Positions 52,401-64,000 of a stretch of DNA of 64,000 nucleotides are shown here, one piece after another. The stretch is from Ascidiella aspersa. Its lineage: Eukaryota. The notes under the pieces are model-generated. The model made no database searches, was not told where the DNA came from, and saw nothing but the letters and a program-made list of their open reading frames with translations. The first letter of the stretch is position 1, and each line of letters starts with the position of its first letter. The DNA lies in contig OZ004615.1 in assembly GCA_963924565.1 (NCBI GenBank), positions 6,634,001-6,698,000 on the forward strand, written 5' to 3'. A program made the translations under genes and the position numbers.

Positions 52401-55400
52401 TCTCATTTAGTGCAAATTTAAACGAACAAGCGAACTGGGGTCATGTCAACTTCAGAGGTACTTACATAAAACGAGGCTTCATGTCTAAACTATTACAGTT
52501 AACACTCGACCGGCGTCATTACACAACTGTGTAAAAATGATAGGTGAGCCGTTAATGACATGATATCTATATTTGATCACATCATCTTTCGAAGCTAAGT
52601 TAAACAGCAAACGAGCCCATTAATGTTTGGACCAAGTGGCCTAATCCATTACACACATAGGTGTTCTTAAATCTAGAAAAATCTGAAATCTAGAAAAAAC
52701 TAGAAATAAAAGTAACACTTTTGGCCAAGATGAATCGTTGATTTTAGACACTTTTTTACAAACTGAAATTAGAAGCAACTCATTAATTAGCTTAAACATC
52801 TACGTTGACTTGTAAAATATTATTTGAGGAAAGACACCTTCTTAAACACGAAATTCGTAAATCGAAATGTACTGTGATTTTTCTTACCTAGACCTGGGCA
52901 AACTATGGCCGGCGGTCCGCAGCTCCTTTTCATAAAACTTTTTTGGCAAAAACGGGCTTCACATTTATTTTCTTAATTTCAGAATACTTATACATAACTC
53001 TTGTAAGGCATCCTCACCTACTGATATTTACATTTTTTTTAAGGAATCACGCGTTGTATTATGTGTTTTTGAGAGCCCTTTTTTGACACGGCCCGCCAAC
53101 ACATTTTCTGTTTACCATTAGGGTTTCTCTCTGAGAATGTTTCGACGGGAATTCCCGGGATTTCCCACAAAAAAACGATCTTTTATCTCGGGATTTTTTA
53201 TAATCCCGGTTATTCGGCATTATAGCAAAACTCAAAAAAACTTGTCGTTTTTGACTGATGTAAAGAAAAAAATATTACCAATTCTGTTGAAGTCGTTGCC
53301 TGAAGTTTTTTATTTGCGCTTACCAGCGGAAAAAAGTGATTAAATTTATTTTACCAATAAAAATGCGGAGCTAAATAAAGTAAATTTAGACATTATAATG
53401 ACCTAATTAAGCACGAAAAGTCAAATAATTTCGTCGGGATTCCCGGGAATTTTCGAATTTCAATCCCGTTTCTCGGGAGTGAAAAAATCCGGAAAAAAAA
53501 CATGCGGCTCGCTGTCTCAAACAATTGCCAGCCCCTGGTATTACCTGTAGAGCAGACACAGGATCTTGTAGTTGTTCTTGTGCGCGGCCATCATAAACGG
53601 GGTAAGACCGGGTTCGAAGGGTGACGTTGTCCCCGGTACCACCTGTATCGAGGTCTGGGGGTCCTTTTCCAGCAGGAGCTCGATCGTTTCCACGAACTCG
53701 CACTGGATGGCGTAAAAGAGCGCGTCGCCGAGTTTTATTCCCTCTAAACATAAATTAAAAGAATGATTTAAAATGATTTTATTTATGGTGCATAAGGAAA
53801 TGTGGTATTCAATGTTACTCGATCAAAAAGTGTAAACTGTCATGGCACAAAAATTATTTATTTTTTATTCTTAAATTCGTTTTATTCACGTGTTTTCCTG
53901 ACCAAACAAATAGTTGGTGGGACCCCCGAGCAGAACAAAGACATACACTGTTGTATACAAAAAAAGTATTTGCTTAACAGACAAGTTAATTCAAAAATCT
54001 CTAAGTTTGGGTGGCATTGAAAGCGTGACAACATTAAGCAATAACTCCAATGTTGGGCACTATTCGTAAACCTACTCAATTGGCAAACAGAAAGGTTGTT
54101 TGCGTGTTTCGTGGGAATACAAGCCAGCTGATTTATCGCCACATTTCACAAGTCAAACTCAGCACTGACACCGCGTTTCGGGTTCACTACAAGTCGCTGA
54201 ACCAGGTTGGTTAAGCTGTGAAGCGTTTTGCCACCGATGCTGCCTTAGTCGAATTCGATGCTTTGTAAACAAGACAGATCATCAGATATTGGGGGTGTTT
54301 TTTTCTTGGCAGTTCGTAACTAGGAAACAGCGGCGTACAGAGGAGGGTTATAAACCAACTAATACAGTGTGTTGGCTGTTTTAAAGCTCAAAGGTGCCAA
54401 AAAGTGTTATTGGTGATTAGGGATTTTTGAGCGCAGACGATGTGTGTCGTTTGAAATAGGACTCCTTTGACTGCTCTCCGTCAACTCTCCTTCTTTCGCC
54501 ACCAGCTTTTTATCTTTTCTATATAAGCCAGTGGTTCCTTAACAGGCTGTTTTAGGGCCCATACGTCCTCTAAAACAGTACACTATACAGACAGTTTTAT
54601 AATGAATTGTCCGTTGTCTCTCTAAAATTATATTTTGTTTTGCCAACTTTAACTATATAAATACAGTTTTTGTCGACATCCTTTTTAATACGTTTTGTCC
54701 TAGTTAAGAAAAATTCTTATCGGCGCTATTGAGGCATGTTACGCCGGGTGACTCTTAAACACTATAAAGTGCAACTTCTTTACATAATAATTGCTGCGAT
54801 ATCCACTTATCAGGGTTGTTTAATTAGGTTGAACAAACGTTGACATTGTACTACCAAATTGAAGATCTTTACATAACCTATACAAACCTTCGTAGTCTCG
54901 GATTGAGGCAAACTATAGCATATAACAAACTTTTCCGCGAGCTCGTTTCAATAAGCGGCGTTTGACGGAGCGTTCCGGTGGCCAATTAGCGGTCGTGAAA
55001 GCGCGCAATCATCACGTAGGTTTATATGTTGTTTTTTGCGAAAGTCGCCGCAAAAACATTCTTTCAAGGTAAGGTAATAGCTCGAGCTAGCTTCGCATGA
55101 TCAACGTTGCGTGGCCTCAATTAGCGGCGCTCCTAGTGCATCTTTGGGGTTGTGTGTGATAATTACTGTACAGACGCCATATGCAGTTAAACTGGAGAAC
55201 GTGCAAAACGATTTTGCAGCAGCGAAACTATTTTTACCGAAAAATAGTACGGAGAAATTAAACCCAAATTTTATATTTCAAATTTGGCCTGCGGTTATAC
55301 TCTTATTTTTACCTTATTTTTTTCATTCAACATTTAGGTAATTTGAAATCAAGAACGACAGCTATACAACGTAAAAGCAACTTAACAGGTTAACGTGAAA

Positions 55401-58400
55401 GAAAATTACAACTTAATATACCGTAGTGAACATGGACATTTCCCTAATCAATTTAATCTATATATTAGCTTGACTTTAGAAATGAAAGACTTACAACCGG
55501 ATAAAACATTACCAATTTTGCTCAAAATATTGCTTCTTCATAACAGATAACAATATACAGTATAGAAAATCTGGCACAACTCCTTTTCATATTTGTTAAC
55601 CTTTAATGATAAAAAGTTACAACCGGATAAAAAGTCTCAATGTTGCCTAAAATTATCGCTTTTCATCGTCAAAACAAGATACTAAGTAAATAAAATCTGG
55701 CAGAAGAAAAACTATTTTTTATATTTTAGCTAAACTAAAGTCATAGAAGGTTTACAACCGGACAAAACAGTTAAACGCCCACTTAAAACAAGAAAGGCTC
55801 GTCTTGGCCAACCTACCGACTTGGTCGAGTAGGAACTTGACCACGTCCACGTGATTGTTGATGGTAGCCAGGCTGAGCGCGGTGCGATCCAGCGAATCGA
55901 CGCAGTTTACGTTGAGGTAGAACAGGTAGTAGGTCTGCTCCTCGAACAACTTCTCCAGGCCCTCGATGTCGCCGTTGGCCGAGAAGTGCAGGAAGTCCAG
56001 CTCGTGGCTGTTGAGGCCACCTGAAAAATACAAAAACGCTCTGGAAACCAGGACTGCGTAGTAGGAGTCGGAATTGGGCTTGGGACTTGGGACTCGGGGA
56101 CGGCAAAAAACTTTGCTAGAGTCGGATTAGGGACTCGAAACTGAGAATCCAGGGAGTCGGCTAAGTTTGCTGGATTTGGACTCGGGACTCTAGACTTAAA
56201 GGAGTCGCTAAAGTTTGCTGAAGTCATACTCGGGACTCAGGACTAGAGTAATACTACTTCCCGAGGTGCTCATATGCAGTTAGCAAACTTCGAAACTGAC
56301 AAACTGTAAATTGTAAAGGTGGAATATGCATATGGTGGAATATTTTCGACCCATGTTTAGTGGGTGGATGATTGAAAAACACCCTTATGAGTGGATTGCT
56401 GAGTATTCACCTTATTTTAGTTGAGTAAATGGATGAAACACAGGATGTTAAGCGAAATCGGATCTGGGACTCGACAAAATCGCACATTGGCCGGAGTCGG
56501 ACTCGGAATCCGGTTCAATTTTTTGGCTGGAGTCGGACTCGGCAGTTTTTTTTTAAACCGACTCTATTTTAGGACTCCGCAGTCGTGCTTGAAACTACAC
56601 ATACAGTAGCGAAAAACGTTTTTCAGTCCTGTAAACAAGTTACCTTTAGAAGACTAAAGTTCCGAGCGTGTCTCGTGCAAAATTTAAGTCCAACTTATTT
56701 TTGTCACAAACTAAGATACAAGTGCCTAGTCAACATGAATGAACACTGATAGAAAAAAATTAAACGATAACAGCGTTAACGGTAACCAACTCCAGTCAGG
56801 AGCAGTTATCTCGCTCGGTAGGGATCATGATGTTCGTCAGGTCATACCCGATCGTCATTCAGCTACTCGTCGAAACCAATCAAAGTTAAAAAGGATTGCA
56901 ACATGGAATGTACGAACCATGCATCAGAAAGGAAAAGTGGAAAATGTGATTATGGAGATGAAGAGGTTAAAAATTGATATTCTTGGCATATCTGAAATGA
57001 GATGGACAGACCAAGGCGAAATTACTAAACAAGGATTTAAAATCATATGGTCTGGAGGAAGCAAGCATGAGCGTGGCGTTGGTTTCATACTCGGAAATAA
57101 AACTGCTGAAAGTTTTATGGGATGCTTGGCTGTATCCGATAGAATCATTCTTCTTAAACTGAAAGGTCAGAGGACTAATCTCAACATTATACAGGTTTAT
57201 GCTCCTACTGAAAAAGCCCTGACGATGAGATTAGAACGTTCTACACACAACTGAATTTAGTTAAAAAGAAATGCAAACACGGTGAATTATAATTGTGATG
57301 GGAGATTTCAATGCAAAGGTGGGAAGAGGAAGAGACGGAGACATTGTTGGGGGTCATGGACTTGGCGATCGCAATGATCGTGGAGATTTGTTCGTGGATT
57401 GGTGTCGTATCAACGATCTCACTATAAGCAACACATGGTTTCAGAATCATCCACGCCGCATCTGGACATGGAAAACACCAGGAGACCAGACCAGAAATCA
57501 AATAGATTACATCACAATTTCAAGGCGCTTCAGGAATAGTGTTTTAAATGCAAAGACTTATCCAAGTGCTGACTGCTCGAGCGACCATGTACCTGTTGTC
57601 GCAAATATCTATACCAAACTAAAGATTTGTCGAAAACCGGTAAGAAAACTGCAATACAATGTTGCCGCCTGTCAAAATGCAAAATTAAAGGAAGTACTGA
57701 AACATGAAATGGGTAATGCACTGAAAAACCTGCATGACAAAAAACAGAGTTGGCCAGAAGACATATTCCAGGAAATCAAAACGTCACTGAGAATATTAAT
57801 GGAAAACAACCTTCCGAAAGTCCAGAGAGAGAACTTGCAAAGCTGGATGACAGATGAAATAAGAGGTTTACTGGAAAAAAGGCGCAGAACCAAAAGAAAT
57901 CTTAAGAAGTACAAGGAATTAGATAAGTGTATTAAATTAAAGCGCAACTCTGCTTATGAAGAATTTCTAAATCAAAAATGTCAAGAGGTAGATAAGCTTT
58001 TTAATATCAGCGCGAAAGAAGCTCACCAAATAATTAATCAGCTCAATGGAAAGAAGGAAAACTGGATAAAATCGGGCTGCGTGAAGAGTAAAACCGGAAA
58101 GATCTTGTTTCAAAAAGAGGAAATTAAAAATCGTTGGCGAGAATACACCCAGGAACTGTACAGGGATCCAACAAGAAACGCCCCACCAATTATGTTTAAA
58201 GAACCACTAACTGGGCCAGAAGTAATGAAATGTGAGGTTGAGAAAGCCCTGGCTAGCATGAAAAATGGAAAGGCGGTTGGTCCTGATGAAATTCCAATAG
58301 AAGTGTTGAAGGCTTTGGATGACATTGGAATCAATTTACTTACTTCTTATAAATAGCATTTACAACACTGGTCAAATTCCTCAAGACATGCGGAAGTCGA

Positions 58401-61400
58401 TTTTTGTCGCACTGCCAAAAAAAGCCGGAGCAATCGAGTGCAAAGATTATAGGACAATAAGCCTTATGAGCCATATTGTTAAATTACTGCTAAGAATATG
58501 TATGAATCGAATAAAAAACAAAATTAATGCAGAAATTGCAGAAGAACAATATGGGTTTATGACTGACAAAGGAACACGAAATGCGATATACGTGATGAGA
58601 ATACTCAGCGAAAGAGCAATCGAAATGCAACAAAAACTCTATGTTTGCTTTCTTGACTACAGGAAAGCTTTTGATCGGGTCAATCATGCGCAGATGCTAC
58701 AGATGCTAAAAAACATCAACATTGATGACAAGGATCTAAGAATCATTCAAAACCTGTACTACAACCAACATGCAGTGGTGCGCGTGGGAGACTCCGAAAC
58801 CGAAGTTATTACCATAGAAAAGGGTGTCCGACAGGGATGTGTGTTATCTCCAGACCTTTTTAATTTATATAGCGAAATCATCTTAAGAAGCATAGCTGAC
58901 TTAGAAGGGATCAAAGTTGGTGGTGTAAACATCAACAATATTCGGTACGCTGATGATACGGTACTTATTGCAACATCCGAGAAGAAGCTTCAAAATATGG
59001 TAACAACAGTGGAAGAAGAAAGTGTGAAAATGGGAATGGCTTTGAATGAAGATAAAACAGAATGTATGGTAATTGCCAAAGTAGCAGGTGTGAACAAATG
59101 TAATATACTAGTTTCAGATAAACCAATTAAACAAACCCGAAGATTTAGATACCTTGGTTGTATACTTACAGATGATGGTCGGTCCAAATCTGAAATTAAA
59201 GCCAGAATTGCACAGGCAAAAAATTGCTTTATAAATCTCACGTCAATTTTGACAAACAAAAAATTAAATGTAAATACCCGTGTGAGAGTTCTTAAAAGTT
59301 ATGTGTTGCCTGTTCTTCTCTACGGGTGTGAAAGTTGGACTTTCACAAAGGAACTGATTGACAACCTGAGTGCCGCTGAGATGTGGTTCCTGAGGAAAAT
59401 GCAGCGTATATATTTTACGTCCCATAAAACCAATCAAGAGGTACTGATTCAGACCAATCAACAGAGATCACTGTTAAGCACTATAAAACTTAGACAACTC
59501 AAGTTTTTCGGCCATATAACCAGACACCAAAAACAAGAATTCATAATTTCGTGTGGCAAAATATGTGGAAATCGTGCACCTGGACGATAAAGAAAAATGC
59601 TTATAAATCAACTGAGGGACTTTCTGAACATCAAAGCAGAGAATATTTTTGAATTAGCAAGAAATAGTAACATATGGAGAAAACAGTGTTTCATGGCAGC
59701 CGAAGCCTGGTTCAGGCATGGCACTGAATGATGATGAAGATACAAGACCCACTTTTATTTATTGTCATAGCAAATTGATATGTCCAAATATTAGTTAACT
59801 ATAAATGAACTGATCAACTTGGAGCTAAACTCATCGTCATTAATTCTTCGTTTTAAAATGAAAACTCATCGATTTGGAGCTGTTTTTGGTTTAGGTAAAA
59901 CCAAACAAAATGTTGTAGACCCAATATTATTGTCAATGTATTTGTAGAGTCTTTTAAAACGAAGAACTAATGACAACTGCAAGTTTTGTGTATCACGGTT
60001 AAATCATCGTCTAGGCCGTTATATTTTGTTTTCTAAACCAGTTTTAGTAAAGCTGTTTCGCTTGCATTCGAGGTGTAACACTTTGAGGACCATTTATTTA
60101 AATCATATCGCTCAACTGCCCGGTATTAGTTAGAATTCGAAACAAAATTCTCGAGTTGCGGTGTTCGTTGAACATTAAAAATCGGCCTTAACTAAAGCTA
60201 AACTTGGGACTTGATGTCAATTTGGTAGCCAAGCGACAACTGTTAATTAATGCAATCTATATTTTTGGCTCAAACTGTTCCTACCAAGCATGATTTTAAT
60301 CAAAAAAGGCTCATCTGGTAATTACATTTTCTTCTCCAACGTTTCTGTAACCTATTTCAGTCGCCTTCGTTAAATGAAATGTCGTGGTAATAAAAACTAC
60401 CAGATTAGCTTTAGAGAATAATGGTTGGAGGTTGAAGTAAGACGTATAGTAAGAACATTAAAGCCCATACAGAAGTAGGTATCAATTTGACCGTTTTAAA
60501 TAACTCTTTATTCATTTTATTGTTGAAACATCTACAGGAGCTGTTTTTGATTCCTTTTTACTCAACGTTGTACAGGGACGTTAGTCACTTCGACCCAACT
60601 TTCGAGGCCCAAAACAAGTTTTTAACCGGACGGAAGCATCGGTCAACTGCTCTGTACTTACCGTCGTCCATCATCTTCGGGATGTTTAAGCTGCAATTCC
60701 TCACGTCGACGCTCTTCTTCGACGCGAATGAGTAGTTCGACTTTATGGACCTATATACAAAGAAAACGTCGATCGTTGTCGATTTAAACAATTCGAAGTT
60801 GCTTTCAAAGTTGACAGCAACACACAAAAAGTGTAAAAAGGAGTGGGGCGGTATTGTTGTAATGAACTAGAGACAGAAATATCACACGTAAAGTTTGGTT
60901 CTATAGAGACTGCATGGGCAATATACTGACCAGCAGGGTCCGATCCCGGCGTTTCATTTTGGGGTATAAGGCAGGAAAACTATTCAGACATGTCGTTAAA
61001 ATTACGTCGTAACAAGACGCAACTTAAAAGTTAGAAGCGCGAAAAAATTGCGTTTATTTGGTTTCACTGGGCGAAACGTTTACTAGTTAAAAACCTCAAT
61101 ATAAAAACAAAACAAAAAAATGAATCCTCTAATAACAACGTGCAGCTTCACCCTTGCAAAAATTTATCAACCAATAATTTTGCAAGGGTGAAGATGAAAG
61201 AGGTTTAAATTTTAATTCTTAGTTGTAATGTTTGTACTCACTAGTGGTCGTATATAGAAGGTTAAAAGCAAAAAACATGTTTGGCACCAGCAACAACAAT
61301 CTTACAAATCTCGTGCGTTAATGTGATTCTTTTTCAGGATGAACAAAATGCACTATTCTGTGGTAGGGGTGAAAAATATCTCAAAAGATTAAGAAGTAAT

Positions 61401-63500
61401 GCACTAGACTAGATATTTGGGTCGATTCGAAAAAAGGTTGATAAACACTATAGATTCTCTAGTGTTTCTCAACCATTTTTAGCAGGGACCCAAATATAGC
61501 GTGACTATACCGGGGAAGCTTTGGCGACCCAACTCTATTTACAGAAATTCTTGTAAGCAAACAAGACATGAAAACAAATAGCATAAATACATTCGAATTC
61601 AATAAATATGGGCCATTTTTTGTATTCCTCCCCCATTTTTGTCAAATTTTAAAGAAACCCTGATCTGGACCGATCTAAGTAAATCCAACCATGTAAACTA
61701 CTAATTATGGCATATTAAACGGGGACCTAATTTTAGGTCGCGACCCATGGGTTGAGAAATCCCGCACTAGACGACAGGGGGGCATCGGGAAACTCCCACC
61801 TGACTCGACTGGGCTTGTATCCGTCCTTGGACATTGTGTCCCACGTGTCCGGGTCGTCACGTGACTCCTCGCGGCGAACTTGCCGGCGCCTGGCGAGGTG
61901 AAACTTGACGTCAGGCTGGTTCTGTTGTTGTTGCTGTTTCTGTTGTTCTTGTTGTTCATGTGGTGACAGCGGGATTTGGTCGAAGCTTGCCTCTGAAAGT
62001 ATGCGTTTTTTTATTCCAAAGAGGCCTATGCGGTGCTGTAATGACTTAAGTTCAGGACTTGAGTTAACTGCACATAAGTCACTGCTTTCAAATGATTTGA
62101 CTTGACTTAACTCTTTCCAGTGTTGTAAACAAGTCATTTTGAAATAACTTAAGTCCCTGTCAGGTCATTTGAAAAATCACTTAAGTCCAAGTCAGGTCTT
62201 TTGCGAAAATAACAAGTCAAGTCCCAGTCCAAGTTATCGGTTGCCCAAGTCAAGTCCCAGTCAAGTCATTATGAGAGTAAGTCAATTTCAAGTCATGTCA
62301 TTGACATAAAAGTAAATTGTTAAACTATTGAAATTGGTAAAATTGTCCGATCATAAGCAACAATTTAACTAAAAAACTAACACAAACGCAATATACAGCA
62401 CTTAAGTGTTTAATGTGCAATATTTAAAATAAATTTTAATGAAAAACACTTAATTTAATCCCAAGTTATTTGACATAATGACTGAATTCAAAGTCAAGTC
62501 ATTTGTCCAAAAGACTTAAGTCAAGTCAAGTCAATTTGGTCAAAAGACTTAAGTCAAGTCAAGTCATTTGAATACAGTGACTTAAGTGCACTTAAGTCAA
62601 GTCAATGACTTAAGTCATTACAACACTGACTCTTTCGAGCAAAATGACTTGACCTGACTTAAGTCTTTTGGACAAATGACTTGACTTGACTTAAGTCTTT
62701 TGGACAAATGACTTGACTTGACTTAAGTCTTTTGAACAAAAGACTTGGGTTAAAATAATGTTTTTATCAATCAATTTTTTCATAAAATTGAGCTATTTAC
62801 CCTAATTTTTGCACATAAAACTTTTTTTTTGCTTGCTATATGTTCCGTGTATGTTATTTTTTACTTGAGTCATATGCAAGGACTTGACTTGAAGTTGACT
62901 TGCTCTATTTATGACTTGACTGGGACTTGACTTGGGCAACTGATGTCTTGGACTGGGACTTAACTTGTTATTTTTTCGAAAAGACTTGACTTGGACTTAA
63001 GTTATTTTTCAAATGACTTGAGTGGGACTTAGGTCATTTAAAATGACTTGCTTACAACACTGGGCCTATGTGACGTAATGCTTCATTTTGTAGTAACGCA
63101 GACTTATCCCTGCTGTTTGGTATTTTGTATTAGTCTTGTATCAAACCTGAACTGCAGCGATGTCAATCACTTAGTAAGTAAAACGAGAAGAAACATTTTC
63201 AGCTTTTTGCGTCTAAAATTAAACAATTAAGTTCAGCCGAAATGGCGCTTTCATCAAAAGAAATCAAAGAAATCATCAAAGTATTTAGACTAGAGTGTTT
63301 TCAATATACAGTGTTATTATACTCCATTTTGGTTCATGGCGGGTACAGCCCATAATGACATAAAGCTAAGTGGAACATCATATTCAATTAAATGAGGATA
63401 TAGTCTTACGTTTTTTGGTCGGTGATGGTTTAATCAGCGGTTTCTCGCAAGATTCAGCGTCCGATTTTCTTCGTTCGTCCGACCCTTCACAGCTAGTCAT
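34425..63500 (-). CDS. TRPC: Divergent TRPC-family (canonical transient receptor potential) cation channel, ~906 aa, 19 coding exons with exon 16 present as five alternatives
   Basis: Exons in transcript order: 63500-63410, 61992-61800, 60750-60662, 56020-55817, 53743-53545, 52036-51896, 50948-50801, 49981-49832, 49261-49142, 47591-47397, 45991-45914, 44737-44626, 44081-43936, 43845-43693, 42840-42762, [one of five pore exons], 36585-36455, 35816-~35615, 34571-34425. All are GT-AG and phase-consistent. Motifs: ankyrin repeats (NVNCVDSLDRTALSLA; GDALFYAI; TPFMMAAHKNNYKIL), YRARASP, DPLIAAMDL, S1-S6 (FGPLQVSL; LVNMLIAMMSNSFQ), TRP box EWKFHR, PPPMNLLP, rib helix RYTKVLRLVVLRYV. The first three exons and the donor of the penultimate exon are less certain. 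Confidence 0.93.
37733..37875 (-). CDS. TRPC alternative pore-loop exon E (143 nt)
   Basis: cgcag|AC...GTG|gtcagt; encodes (D)FNVSSSGEMTKLSTTMNGFFWTLFGYGEPQAWYPVENCRETFIMQEV; phase 1 to 0. Confidence 0.9.
39201..39343 (-). CDS. TRPC alternative pore-loop exon D (143 nt; its frame is not in the ORF track)
   Basis: ttaag|AC...GCG|gttggt; encodes (D)FTNPISEEMASILAAMGGFFWTLFGYGHPDAWYPIDNCPEKLVLQEA; phase 1 to 0. Confidence 0.9.
40108..40247 (-). CDS. TRPC alternative pore-loop exon C (140 nt)
   Basis: ttccag|CC...GTG|gtcagc; encodes (A)NTPKSQAMTSFEGALSGMFWTLFGYGSPQQWYTIDNCPEKNMLDEV; phase 1 to 0. Confidence 0.9.
40292..40417. repeat. (CACG/CA)n microsatellite just upstream (transcript sense) of pore exon C
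   Basis: cacgcacgcacg/cacaca arrays; reads UG-rich on the TRPC pre-mRNA. Confidence 0.9.
40958..41097 (-). CDS. TRPC alternative pore-loop exon B (140 nt)
   Basis: accag|AT...TGG|gttggt; encodes (D)ENPSSLKLTNIFEALSSMFWTLFGYWDAAKSIGFPNCPEKMTFTIW; phase 1 to 0. Confidence 0.9.
41900..42042 (-). CDS. TRPC alternative pore-loop exon A (143 nt)
   Basis: gacag|AC...CTG|gttaga; encodes (D)FDDEESMQITSWLGSLLGMFWSLFGYGEPLKWIFTENCKSKYFLNEL; phase 1 to 0. Confidence 0.9.
42216..42527. mobile_element. hAT-type MITE upstream (transcript sense) of the TRPC pore-exon cluster
   Basis: ggggtgggcaac / gttgcccacccc TIRs; TSD gtataggg/atataggg (7/8). Confidence 0.75.
43195..43685. repeat. Degenerate (ATC/GAT)n low-complexity tract in TRPC intron 14
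   Basis: Continuous atcacgat/gtgatcat-type units; produces spurious I/M/D/H-rich ORFs. Confidence 0.85.
44860..45316. mobile_element. hAT-type MITE
   Basis: cagtggtcggcaaac / gtttgccgaccattg TIRs; degenerate TSD gtttaagc/gtttaggt. Confidence 0.75.
50993..51286. mobile_element. hAT-type MITE
   Basis: cagtgatttcaaa / tttggaaacccctg ends; gtgtgccgcgaaa subterminal repeats; TSD ctatagac/gtatagac (7/8). Confidence 0.75.
56049..56587. mobile_element. MITE with GGAGTCGG/GGACTCGG subterminal repeats
   Basis: caggactgcg.ag / ctccgcagtcgtg ends; TSD ctggaaac/cttgaaac (7/8). Confidence 0.75.
56723..59736 (+). mobile_element. RTE-clade non-LTR retrotransposon (APE endonuclease + reverse transcriptase), near full length, disrupted; antisense within TRPC intron 3
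   Basis: APE motifs IATWNVRT, LGISEMRW, IIQVYAPT, MGDFNAKVG, NQIDYI, SDH. RT motifs YRTISL, FLDYRKAFD, GVRQGCVLSP, RYADD, FRYLG. 3' end GGCACTGAATGATGATG. 10-bp TSD AAGATACAAG at 56713-56722 and 59737-59746. Three frameshifts (~57215, ~57290, ~58340) and a premature TAA at 59588-59590. Confidence 0.93.
62031..63062 (-). mobile_element. AAGTC-rich hAT-type MITE (outer copy), interrupted by a same-family copy
   Basis: TIRs cggtgctgtaa / ttacaacactg; perfect 8-bp TSD GGCCTATG at 62023-62030 and 63063-63070; internal GACTT repeats. Confidence 0.85.
62118..62628 (+). mobile_element. AAGTC-rich hAT-type MITE (inner copy, opposite orientation)
   Basis: Perfect TIRs CAGTGTTGTAA / TTACAACACTG; perfect 8-bp TSD ACTCTTTC at 62110-62117 and 62629-62636. 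Confidence 0.9.
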
Positions 63501-64000
63501 TTCTACAAGTCAATTTAAAACTCGGTTTAATGTGTTTCTTATAGTTTGATAAAGACAGTACGACTGGCCTGGTGGCTACATGCCCTATACTTATTCTCAC
63601 CACACCACTATAAAATGGTGGCTTAACAATTGTAGAATCGACAATAGTCTACGATCCGACGAACAATCCCCCTTTATTCTTAAGCGAACCAATTCGAAGC
63701 CTTTGAAATAAACTCTAACAAACATAACTTTTAAATGTTTTGTCAAAAGTCAATAAGCACACATATTTAATCTAATAAGTAATTATTCGTCATCAGAAAT
63801 GCACTTTAGTAATTATGGCAAAAGGGTTGACTCAAACGCCCTATAAACTGTAGAAACACTGATTTTATTTTTGCAACTTGTCCTACAGAAGAACGGCTTT
63901 TTTCTCAATACTGTTAAACCAACAAATCAAACAACACATACTTGAAGAGTGTAGTCTCTATAAATTTCCTTGTTCCTTTTACAAGCTATTACTCAATTTG

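Noticed and set aside
57241-59461. Minus-strand ORFs over the LINE
   Set aside because: Antisense shadows of the RTE coding sequence.

Overview
AT-rich, intron-containing eukaryotic DNA from an invertebrate animal (an ascidian/tunicate-like genome is plausible, but this is inference only). I read three spliced protein-coding loci by hand from splice sites and reading phase. (1) The 3' end of a Sushi/CCP + C-type lectin gene (+, 113-2422). (2) A complete 6-exon ELOVL4/7-type fatty-acid elongase (+, 9747-30481, 294 aa). (3) A complete ~19-exon, ~906-aa divergent TRPC-family cation channel (-, 63500-34425), convergent with the elongase. The standout feature is in the TRPC gene: the exon encoding the pore helix, selectivity filter and outer pore is present as five tandem, intact, strongly diverged paralogues (143/140/140/143/143 nt). 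All are phase 1-to-0, so only one can be included in frame. This looks like a Dscam-style mutually exclusive cassette that swaps the channel pore, and four of the five filters read GYG. Introns carry a near full-length decayed RTE-clade LINE with a 10-bp TSD, many hAT-type MITEs with 8-bp TSDs (one nested in its own family), a near-perfect 2640-bp tandem duplication, minisatellites and hairpins. Most short ORFs in the supplied track are spurious.
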